From the NCBI GenBank assembly GCA_030606485.1, contig JAUWGH010000001.1:840001-872000 (forward strand): a stretch of 32,000 bases of DNA. Direction: 5' to 3'. The notes beneath the pieces are model-generated. The model searched no databases. It was not told where the DNA came from and saw nothing but the letters and a program-made list of their open reading frames with translations. Origin of the DNA: Promethearchaeota archaeon (GTDB lineage Archaea > Asgardarchaeota > Lokiarchaeia > Sigyniarchaeales > SOKP01). Positions within the stretch are counted from its first letter, which is position 1, and each line of letters starts with the position of its first letter. Below, piece after piece: positions 24,911 through 32,000 of the stretch. The translations under genes were made by a program, and so were the position numbers.

Positions 24911-27172
24911 ATATCAACTAAAACTAATAGTGAAATTAAAAAGATTAAGGCTGAAAAAAAGCTAAAGGAATCTAAAATAAAAAAGGAAAAAAAGAAATCT
25001 AAAATAAAAAACGAGAAACAAAAAGATACTTCAGAAATAGAGAAAAAAGAACACTCTTTAAGGGCCATTGCATTAGATACTGGCGGAACAATGAGTGATT
25101 CTTTTGTAATTGACGAAGATGGAACATTTATAATAGGAAAAGCAATTACTACTCCAGAGGATGAATCTGAGGGGATATTAAATTCCGTAAAGGATGCTTT
25201 AAACTACTGGGATAAGACTTTAGAAGACTCAGGGGGATCTGTAGAAGCTTTAGTATATTCTGGAACAACAATGATAAATAGGCTTTTAGAGAGAAAGGGA
25301 AACAGTAATATTGGAATTATAGTTAATGCAGGTTTTGAGGATCTCCACAGATTAGGAAGAGCATTACAATGCTGGATATGGCTCGACTATGCAGGGCGTC
25401 TCCACGCGAGGGAACATGAACACCCCAAACCACTAGTACCAAGGAAACAGATTAAAGGTGTTCGCGGAAGAATTAATTTTTGGGGGGAAGAACTAATTCC
25501 ACTTTATAAGGATGAGGCAAGAGTAGCAGTAGAAGAATTACTTGATATGGGTGTTGAAAGTATTTGTGTATGCTTACTTTGTTCCTATATGAATCCGGCT
25601 CATGAAAAACGTGTGAAAAGGATTGCAGAACGGATAATGAAGGAAAAAGGTAAAAAAATTCCAATAATATTATCTTGTGAACATAATCCGGTTAGAGGTG
25701 AAACTCCTAGATTAAATGCTCTTATCATTGAACAATATGCTGCAGAACCATCAAGAAAATTGTTAGCTAAAATTGCCGAAACTTTTAAAGAAAAACAAGT
25801 TCCCGCGCCTCTTAGAATCTTAACAACTTATGGAGGAACAATTTCACCGTATCACAAACAACTCATCACAACCCTAGTATCAGGTCCTATCGGTGGAATA
25901 ATAGGTAGTAAATTCATAGCCAAGGAATATGGAATAAAGAACTTAGTATCCTCAGATGTAGGGGGTACCAGTTTCGATGTAGGTCTTATAATGGAAAATT
26001 ATGTTCCTACCAAATGGGAGAGTTCTGTTGGAAAATTCATTTTAAACATACCCATGATAGGTTTAAACTCTATAGGTGCAGGTACGGGCATGTATGTGAG
26101 ATATAATAAAGTTTCAGGAAGATTAGAATTTGGACCTGAAAGTGCAGGGTATCGTATCGGAGTATGTAATGAGGCATCTGGAGTTGAAACAGTCACAATG
26201 ACGGATTGTAGTTTAATTTTGGGATATCTCAATCCAGACTATTTTCTCGGAGGAAATATTCCATTAGACAAGAAGCGAGCATATAAATATATCAAAGAAC
26301 AGTTGGCAGACCCTTTTGGTGTGGATCCGGAAAGAACTGCACGAGGTGCACTTGATTTAATAGAGATTAACATGAAAAATCATCTTAATGGAATGATTCA
26401 AGGTCTTGGTTTCAGACCAGAGAACTATACACTCATCTCCTTCGGAGGAGCTGGGCCACTTCATGTGGCAGGATATGCTAAGGAGTTAAAGTTTCAAAAT
26501 ATTATGATACCAGAATGGGCAGCTGCGTTCTCAGCGTATGGTTGTGCATGTGCCGATCATTCTTACAGACATGAAAAGTCTGTGGATTTATTGGTATCTC
26601 CTGATGGGAGCATGAATGAAATTGTATCTATGATGCTCAACGCTACGTGGAGTGAATTAAAAAAGAATATAATAAAAGAGTTTGAAAAAGAGGATAGAGA
26701 TCCTAGTGAAATGGAATTTATTCCCTCAATTCGAATACAATATTTTGGCATGTTTGATGATTTAGAAGTAAAGAGTTCATCTGATAATCTTAAAGCCGAA
26801 GATGTGTGGAAACTGGCAAGAAGTTATGATGATCTTTTCGAACAAATATTTCGAAGAGGTACAAAAAGCCCAGATCTTGGATATCATATAACCAAGGCGG
26901 TGGCAACAGGGATTGTCCCAGTTCCTAAGCCAAAATTACCAGATTATAAGTTGAGTGGGAAGGATCCGGACAAAGGAGCAAATAAAGGAAAGAGAAAAAT
27001 ATTCTGGGAAGCTGATTGGCATAATGCTTCACTTTGGGAGATGAGTTTACTTAATCCTGGAAATTTAATAGATGGTCCCGCAGTTATCGAGGCTCCGGCA
27101 ACCACTTTACTGGTTCCACCAGGTTTTAAAGTTTTTCTTGATAAACATAGAATTTTTCATATGGAGGTGTAA
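24911..27172 (+). CDS. acxA: Acetone carboxylase beta subunit (hydantoinase A/ASKHA ATPase)
   Basis: ALDTGGTMSD, SDVGGTSFDVG, IGAGTG, GPESAGYRIG, FGGAGPLH and PEWAAAFSAYG. The track ATG (25091) lies inside the DxGGT motif, so the start must be upstream; ATA at 24911 (GGTGA-N6) is proposed. Confidence 0.88.
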   Translation: MSTKTNSEIKKIKAEKKLKESKIKKEKKKSKIKNEKQKDTSEIEKKEHSLRAIALDTGGTMSDSFVIDEDGTFIIGKAITTPEDESEGILNSVKDALNYWDKTLEDSGGSVEALVYSGTTMINRLLERKGNSNIGIIVNAGFEDLHRLGRALQCWIWLDYAGRLHAREHEHPKPLVPRKQIKGVRGRINFWGEELIPLYKDEARVAVEELLDMGVESICVCLLCSYMNPAHEKRVKRIAERIMKEKGKKIPIILSCEHNPVRGETPRLNALIIEQYAAEPSRKLLAKIAETFKEKQVPAPLRILTTYGGTISPYHKQLITTLVSGPIGGIIGSKFIAKEYGIKNLVSSDVGGTSFDVGLIMENYVPTKWESSVGKFILNIPMIGLNSIGAGTGMYVRYNKVSGRLEFGPESAGYRIGVCNEASGVETVTMTDCSLILGYLNPDYFLGGNIPLDKKRAYKYIKEQLADPFGVDPERTARGALDLIEINMKNHLNGMIQGLGFRPENYTLISFGGAGPLHVAGYAKELKFQNIMIPEWAAAFSAYGCACADHSYRHEKSVDLLVSPDGSMNEIVSMMLNATWSELKKNIIKEFEKEDRDPSEMEFIPSIRIQYFGMFDDLEVKSSSDNLKAEDVWKLARSYDDLFEQIFRRGTKSPDLGYHITKAVATGIVPVPKPKLPDYKLSGKDPDKGANKGKRKIFWEADWHNASLWEMSLLNPGNLIDGPAVIEAPATTLLVPPGFKVFLDKHRIFHMEV
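24968..25021 (+). repeat. Imperfect 27-nt tandem duplication encoding ESKIKKEKK / KSKIKNEKQ
   Basis: gaatctaaaataaaaaaggaaaaaaag (24968-24994) versus aaatctaaaataaaaaacgagaaacaa (24995-25021): 22 of 27 nt identical and in frame with acxA. Confidence 0.75.
27163..27170 (+). promoter_or_regulatory. Shine-Dalgarno site of acxB (GGAGGTGT, 6 nt before ATG)
   Basis: Read directly; lies inside the last codons of acxA, consistent with translational coupling. Confidence 0.8.
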
Positions 27173-27176
27173 AGAA

Positions 27177-29393
27177 ATGAATAATAAACCAATTGGATGG
27201 AATGGAAAAACACTTATGAAAATGCTTGAAGAAAGCGAGAAATATATAAAGGAAACAAAATCATATTATGGAATAGATAAATTAAAGTTAAAGGAAGAAG
27301 ACCCTTTTAAATATGAACGAGCATTTGCAAGTCTTAGAGGTGCATTAGTTTCTGCAAGAGAAACTGCATTACATGTTGCCGCTTCACCTATTGTTAAAGA
27401 AATTGGTGAGCTCTGCTTTGCTTTATATACTCCAGAAGGTGATTCTATTGTCGTTTCGACTGGTATCTTGGTTCATGTCCATACAATGAGCGAAGCCGTA
27501 AAATTTATGGTAAAACAGGATTATGAACAAGACCCTGGAATCAACCTAGGTGATATTTTTCTAAATAACGACCCCGAATGCGGAAATGTGCATACAACAG
27601 ATGTTCAGACTCTAATCCCAATATTCTGGAAGGAAGAATTGATTGGCTGGGCGGGAGGTGTAACTCATCAAATCGATTCTGGAGGTATTACTCCTGGTCA
27701 TGATTTAGTTTCAGCTATTCAACGTTTTGATGATGGAACCTATTATACTTGTAGAAAGATTGGCTCAAACGATAAGATCTGGAAAGACCACATGATAAAT
27801 GCTCGAAGATCAGTTAGAACTCCATTTTATTGGGAGTTAGACGAAAAATGCAGATTAGCGGGAGATTTGATGATTCGAGATGCAGTTCTAGAGTTTATAG
27901 AGAGAGAAGGAATTGAATATTATAAACAATTTATAAGAGAGGTAATAGAGGAGGGAAGAAGGATATTTCAAGAACGTGTGAAAGAGCGATTGATTCCTGG
28001 AAGATATAGAGCTGCAGCCTTCTTTGATATACCTATGAAGGAAGAAGCCTGGCAACCTAGAGCAAAAATTGATAAGATCAGCAATCAACCATTAGAAATT
28101 ATTATTAAAAATGATGGATCAATGTTTCTTTCTTTTGATGGAGCAAGTGGTCCCGGACCAAATCCTATGAATTGTGCAAAAGGAGCAATGGAAGGAGGCC
28201 AGTGGGTTCTTTTGACCCAAGTCTTAATATACGGTGATAAAGTTAATGATGGGGCGTATTTTGCTGTAGATACGGATTATCCAATTGGGACATGGTGTAA
28301 TCCAGGGGATTCTTCTCTTTCTTATCAGAGTCCTTGGGGTAACTTGATTCCTGCCTACACAGGTATGATGAAATGTCTATCTTATGGATTATATTCCCGT
28401 GGATATAGAGAAGAAATCGTTCCGGGGTATGGATTTACAGGAGATGCAATTCAAGGTGGAGGTATTTATTCAGCTGGTCCACTTAAAGGGCAAAGGTGGT
28501 CATTATCAACATTTGAGATTAGCGGTCAAGGGTTAGGAGCGAGTGGCGTAAAAGACGGACTGGATTGGGGGTATGCAATGTGGAATCCAGAGGCTGACCT
28601 TGGAGATGTTGAAACATGGGAACTATTTCAAGGAGGAATTCCTTATTTATCAAGAAGAGTTAAACCAAATACCGCAGGTCATGGAAAATACCGGGGTGGA
28701 GCGAATTATGAAGGAGTGGCAATGATTGCAAATTCGAAAGAAGTGGATTTTTTTGGAGCTAGGGATGGTTATTGTTTTCATGGTTCTGGTGGTATGCACG
28801 GGGGTTATCCTCATGCAACTGGATATCGACTTTATGCTAAAAAGACAAATCTACAAGAGATTATTCAAAATCAAAAAGAATATCCATTAGGAGATCCAGA
28901 CCCTAGCAATGGTGAATTTGAGAAATTACTAGAGGGAGATATTGTGAGAAAGAAGAACTGCACAATCTATCCTATCATCTTGGAGAATAACGATATGATT
29001 TATTATGCATTAAGTGGGGGTCCAGGATACGGTGATCCTCTAGAGAGAAAGGTGGAGAGTGTAAAACAAGACCTTAATAATGGAATTTACACAAATGATT
29101 TAGTCTATAATATTTATGGTGTAGTAGCAGAATATAATGAAGAAATGGGAGAGTGGGTAATCGACAAAATGGGCACAGACGTACGTCGAGAAGAAATTAG
29201 AGCGGAACGAAAAGATAAATCCTTGACATTTGATGATTATTGGGAACAAGAACGGTGGAAAATTACAGAAGATATGCTGAGTGAACCGGTAAAACGAATG
29301 TATTCAGAGAGTTTAAGATTATCTACAAAATGGAGAAAGGAATTCCTAGAATTTTGGAGATTACCCGAGGATTTCCAACTGGAGGTGAAATAA
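27177..29393 (+). CDS. acxB: Acetone carboxylase alpha subunit (hydantoinase B family)
   Basis: ARETA..AASPIV.E.GELCF, NNDP..GNVHTTD and GWAGGVTH align with the Xanthobacter Mn-ligand motifs. True start is the ATG at 27177 after GGAGGTG; the track's 27072 start overlaps acxA. Confidence 0.92.
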   Translation: MNNKPIGWNGKTLMKMLEESEKYIKETKSYYGIDKLKLKEEDPFKYERAFASLRGALVSARETALHVAASPIVKEIGELCFALYTPEGDSIVVSTGILVHVHTMSEAVKFMVKQDYEQDPGINLGDIFLNNDPECGNVHTTDVQTLIPIFWKEELIGWAGGVTHQIDSGGITPGHDLVSAIQRFDDGTYYTCRKIGSNDKIWKDHMINARRSVRTPFYWELDEKCRLAGDLMIRDAVLEFIEREGIEYYKQFIREVIEEGRRIFQERVKERLIPGRYRAAAFFDIPMKEEAWQPRAKIDKISNQPLEIIIKNDGSMFLSFDGASGPGPNPMNCAKGAMEGGQWVLLTQVLIYGDKVNDGAYFAVDTDYPIGTWCNPGDSSLSYQSPWGNLIPAYTGMMKCLSYGLYSRGYREEIVPGYGFTGDAIQGGGIYSAGPLKGQRWSLSTFEISGQGLGASGVKDGLDWGYAMWNPEADLGDVETWELFQGGIPYLSRRVKPNTAGHGKYRGGANYEGVAMIANSKEVDFFGARDGYCFHGSGGMHGGYPHATGYRLYAKKTNLQEIIQNQKEYPLGDPDPSNGEFEKLLEGDIVRKKNCTIYPIILENNDMIYYALSGGPGYGDPLERKVESVKQDLNNGIYTNDLVYNIYGVVAEYNEEMGEWVIDKMGTDVRREEIRAERKDKSLTFDDYWEQERWKITEDMLSEPVKRMYSESLRLSTKWRKEFLEFWRLPEDFQLEVK
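29381..29388 (+). promoter_or_regulatory. Shine-Dalgarno site of acxC (GGAGGTGA, 6 nt before ATG)
   Basis: Perfect archaeal SD inside the last codons of acxB. Confidence 0.85.
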
Positions 29394-29394
29394 A

Positions 29395-29883
29395 ATGGTA
29401 AAATATGATAAAAAGACACTTAAAAGAATGATTGATGGGGATTTAACTTGGGAAGAATTAAAACCAATAATAAGTGGTACAAAGGATCCTGATAGATTTG
29501 ATAAAATTATTGAAATTTTACAAGAAAAAGTCTCTTGGGACGAAAAAATCATCTTACCAATTCATGAACATTTACATATTGTTTCAAAGGATGGAAAGAG
29601 AATAGTAAAATGTGATTGTGGATATGAGTTTGGAGATTATAAAGAGAACTGGAAGAAAAAATGCAGAATAAGAGTGAGAGATACAGCTGAAGAGCTTGAA
29701 GAATTTTATCCAAAATATATGTCTTGTGACCCAGATTGGGAGGAACTTAGAGAATATTTCTGTCCTGGTTGTTTTACACTGCTAGATACGGAAGCTGTAC
29801 CTCCAGGATATCCAACTATTTTCAATTTTCTGCCCGACATAGATGCATTCTACAAAGAGTGGCTTGGAAGAAAGGCTCCATAA
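29395..29883 (+). CDS. acxC: Acetone carboxylase gamma subunit
   Basis: LPIHEHL, Zn motifs KCDCG and YFCPGC, YKENWK, PPGYP and PDIDAFYKEWLG. SD GGAGGTGA-N6-ATG. Confidence 0.93.
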   Translation: MVKYDKKTLKRMIDGDLTWEELKPIISGTKDPDRFDKIIEILQEKVSWDEKIILPIHEHLHIVSKDGKRIVKCDCGYEFGDYKENWKKKCRIRVRDTAEELEEFYPKYMSCDPDWEELREYFCPGCFTLLDTEAVPPGYPTIFNFLPDIDAFYKEWLGRKAP

Positions 29884-29904
29884 TTTTATCAAATTTTTTA
29901 AAAA

Positions 29905-29922
29905 CCTCTTTTTTTTTATTTC
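29905..29922 (+). terminator. Oligo-T tract, candidate archaeal intrinsic terminator of acxABC
   Basis: T9 run 25-35 nt after the acxC stop. Similar T-tracts follow other plus-strand genes (about 6657, 7695 and 9140). Confidence 0.4.
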
Positions 29923-29971
29923 AATTTGTAAATTGAAAAAAATAAAATAATAAATTTAATGGAACTAAAAT

Positions 29972-31252
29972 ATGATTGAAATAGACACCAATATGATTAA
30001 AAATATAAGGAAAGACAAAATACTTAAGGATGCTTATGATTTAAGTTTTCCACGTAGGGTTGGGAGTGAAGGAAATCTCAAAGCAAGAGAACTTTTAGTT
30101 TCAAAGATTACAGAACTAGAGTATAAACCACATTTTCAGAATTTTACTTATTCCTATTTATTTCGTTCATTTGTTTTTAATATCATACGAATTATATACA
30201 TTTTAGGAATTATTGGGCTATTAATTTTGTATTTTCCTTTTACACAAGAAAGAATCATCTGGATTTTAATTCCCGGAACATTAATTATTGTTTTACTATT
30301 AATTGAATTTTCATATTACCAAGAAATAAGTCAATTCTCTCTAATTAATTGGGAGAAATTTAAGCAAAAAAAGCTAATCAGGAATGGAAAAAATATATTT
30401 ACAATTAAATCAAATGAATCTATATTAATTTTTTCTGATGAATTAAATGAATTTCAATTAAATTTTGAGAAAAAAAGCAAAAATAAACGCCATATTGTAA
30501 TTCTAAGTGCTCATTATGATTCAATAAATGTCTCCTATGGACCTTTTTTAATAATATTTACATCAATTTTTAATACTATAGGCATTTTAATAATTGGATT
30601 TTTTCCAATCGTACTTTTAATTCTGCAAGGAATCTGGTACTATACATTTATGATAATTTATCTTATATTCTGTTCTTTGACGATTTTATCATTATTTCTT
30701 AGACTTTTTAGAAAATTACAGAATTTTTCTGATGGGGCAATAGATAACGCTAGTGGAGTCTCTACGGTTTTGGGTGTAGCTCGAGCTCTAAAAGAAATAG
30801 ATTTACCAAATGTAGATATAATATTTTCCTTTTGGGACGCTGAAGAGGAAGGACTTGTAGGAAGTTTATCATTTGTAGAAAAACACCTTCAAAAATTAAT
30901 TAATTTATATGGTATTGAAAAAATTCATGTAATTTCGTATGATGGGTGCGGTTCAAAAGGTCAAATCAGTTTTGGAAGATCTTTTGGCTTTCCCAGGGTA
31001 ATAAAACATGATAAGGGAATAGTCAATAAATTAAAAGCAAGTGCGGAATCATTGGAGATACCTACAAAGACATCATGGTTCTACTATCCTCCGTCGGATC
31101 ATGCTTGTTTTGGGATAAGAAATATAGACTCAGTCTGGTTTTATTCATTCGCTGCAGTATCAAATACAGTAAAAGATAAAAAGGAATTATTAATGGGACA
31201 AACTTTAGCAAACTCGGTTAAAATTTCTCTTCAATATTTATTAAATTTTTGA
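29972..31252 (+). CDS. M28-family metallopeptidase with internal transmembrane hairpins
   Basis: FPRRVGSEG, SAHYDS, GAIDNASG, WDAEEEGLVGS, ISYDG and PSDH. Two hydrophobic TM pairs are inserted in the catalytic domain. Confidence 0.87.
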   Translation: MIEIDTNMIKNIRKDKILKDAYDLSFPRRVGSEGNLKARELLVSKITELEYKPHFQNFTYSYLFRSFVFNIIRIIYILGIIGLLILYFPFTQERIIWILIPGTLIIVLLLIEFSYYQEISQFSLINWEKFKQKKLIRNGKNIFTIKSNESILIFSDELNEFQLNFEKKSKNKRHIVILSAHYDSINVSYGPFLIIFTSIFNTIGILIIGFFPIVLLILQGIWYYTFMIIYLIFCSLTILSLFLRLFRKLQNFSDGAIDNASGVSTVLGVARALKEIDLPNVDIIFSFWDAEEEGLVGSLSFVEKHLQKLINLYGIEKIHVISYDGCGSKGQISFGRSFGFPRVIKHDKGIVNKLKASAESLEIPTKTSWFYYPPSDHACFGIRNIDSVWFYSFAAVSNTVKDKKELLMGQTLANSVKISLQYLLNF

Positions 31253-31333
31253 ATTATTGCGAATTTCTTAAAGACTGTAAAGAAACTTGTGTAAATATTA
31301 AAAAAGAAAAGGAGAGAGTTAATTTACTTAACT

Positions 31334-32000
31334 CTATAAAATTGATCTAAACATTCTTCGGATTGAATTCTTCACAATGAGCAATTGCACGTTTCTCGTA
31401 CCTCCAATAACTTCCTCCACTTTTGAGGCATCTAATGCCTCATCTAGTAGAGTGTTATCAGTGAGAGAAATTCCGCCCATGTGATTTTGAATCTCGTAGG
31501 TAACTTCGTGAGAGAGCTTGCATCCGTAATATTTTATTTGTGATGATAAAGAAGCCATCCATTTTTCGATTTCTTTGCTCGGTTTTTCAGTAAAAAGAAT
31601 TTTATCATCATATATTGATGCAATTTGAAAAGCCATCATTGTAGCTGCTGTGACTTTAGTAAGTAAATCAGCAAGCGGAAACCCAATACCTTGATATCCA
31701 ATTATGTCTTTATTAAATTGTTTTCTCAAATTGGAATAAATAATTCCATGAATGAGTCCATTCCAGCAAATACCTATTGTGCTTCCTACAATACTTATCC
31801 TTTCGGGAATTAAACCGTCAAATAGATAATTATATCCCTTTCCATCATCTCCTAATATGTATGGATATGGAACCTTAACATCTTCAAGAATACTATGAGC
31901 TATATGCACTCTTGGAACGGCATTTATACGTAATCTTTCAGTTCTAATACCAAATTCTTTTTTAAACATTGCTTGGACCATAGTACCCCTCGGATCTTTC
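31334..32000 (-). CDS. Acyl-CoA dehydrogenase family protein, 5' end beyond the right window edge
   Basis: The frame is open to the edge (KDPRGTMVQ...). Motifs: EDVKVP..ILG..GKG, LIPERI, RKQFNKDI..YQGI.F.LAD, Q.MGG and IGGTRNVQLL. Confidence 0.9.
   Translation of the reverse strand, partial: KDPRGTMVQAMFKKEFGIRTERLRINAVPRVHIAHSILEDVKVPYPYILGDDGKGYNYLFDGLIPERISIVGSTIGICWNGLIHGIIYSNLRKQFNKDIIGYQGIGFPLADLLTKVTAATMMAFQIASIYDDKILFTEKPSKEIEKWMASLSSQIKYYGCKLSHEVTYEIQNHMGGISLTDNTLLDEALDASKVEEVIGGTRNVQLLIVKNSIRRMFRSIL

Noticed and set aside
24880-25068. Minus-strand 62-aa Phe/Ser/Ile-rich ORF that looks like a membrane peptide
   Set aside because: It is the reverse complement of the Lys/Glu-rich acxA extension; the hydrophobicity is an antisense artefact.
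27072-27176. 35-aa N-terminal extension of acxB implied by the track
   Set aside because: It overlaps the acxA 3' end, and a strong SD sits directly before the ATG at 27177.
75-29552. Short opposite-strand or off-frame ORFs in the track (e.g. 75-449, 3761-3949, 4909-5280, 5380-5610, 8164-8722, 8862-9426, 12707-12916, 13960-14187, 15174-15967, 18691-18930, 20180-21463, 23266-23466, 25473-26751, 27888-28088, 29237-29552)
   Set aside because: All lie inside or overlap well-supported genes and carry no motifs of their own, so they are shadow ORFs.

Overview
AT-rich (about 30% GC by eye) archaeal DNA. The gene content and GGTGA/GGAGGTGA ribosome-binding sites look most like Lokiarchaeia/Promethearchaeia (Asgard), but that assignment is inference. 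Left to right: a minus-strand catabolic operon (DSD1-type PLP enzyme, RidA, two-subunit UxaA/SuyAB-type dehydratase running off the left edge); two MFS transporters flanking a 4-TM protein; a flavin reductase; an acyl-CoA oxidation block (enoyl-CoA hydratase, three tandem 3-hydroxyacyl-CoA dehydrogenases, a convergent MFE2-like SDR); a short XPF/ERCC4 nuclease; two overlapping membrane/beta-helix genes; an orphan, degenerate group-4 [NiFe]-hydrogenase large subunit; a C-terminally anchored subtilase; aroA' and nadB; an LMW phosphatase, a stomatin and an HPS-like barrel; an unannotated 57-aa coiled-coil ORF; a complete acetone carboxylase operon acxABC; an M28 peptidase; and an acyl-CoA dehydrogenase running off the right edge. 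Best leads: (1) the two beta-helix genes together give the 6-TM/3-domain layout of the epsilon-poly-L-lysine synthetase (Pls) polymerising region without A/T domains; (2) acxA and the phosphatase appear to start at AUA, placed exactly GGTGA-N6 like neighbouring canonical starts, with possible CUG and AUC starts elsewhere; (3) the pseudo-hydrogenase has lost one Ni-ligand Cys and the canopy Arg; (4) archaeal acxABC has a Lys-rich repeat N-terminal tail. I saw no RNA genes, CRISPR arrays or mobile elements. All family calls come from motif recognition by eye, and no database searches were run.
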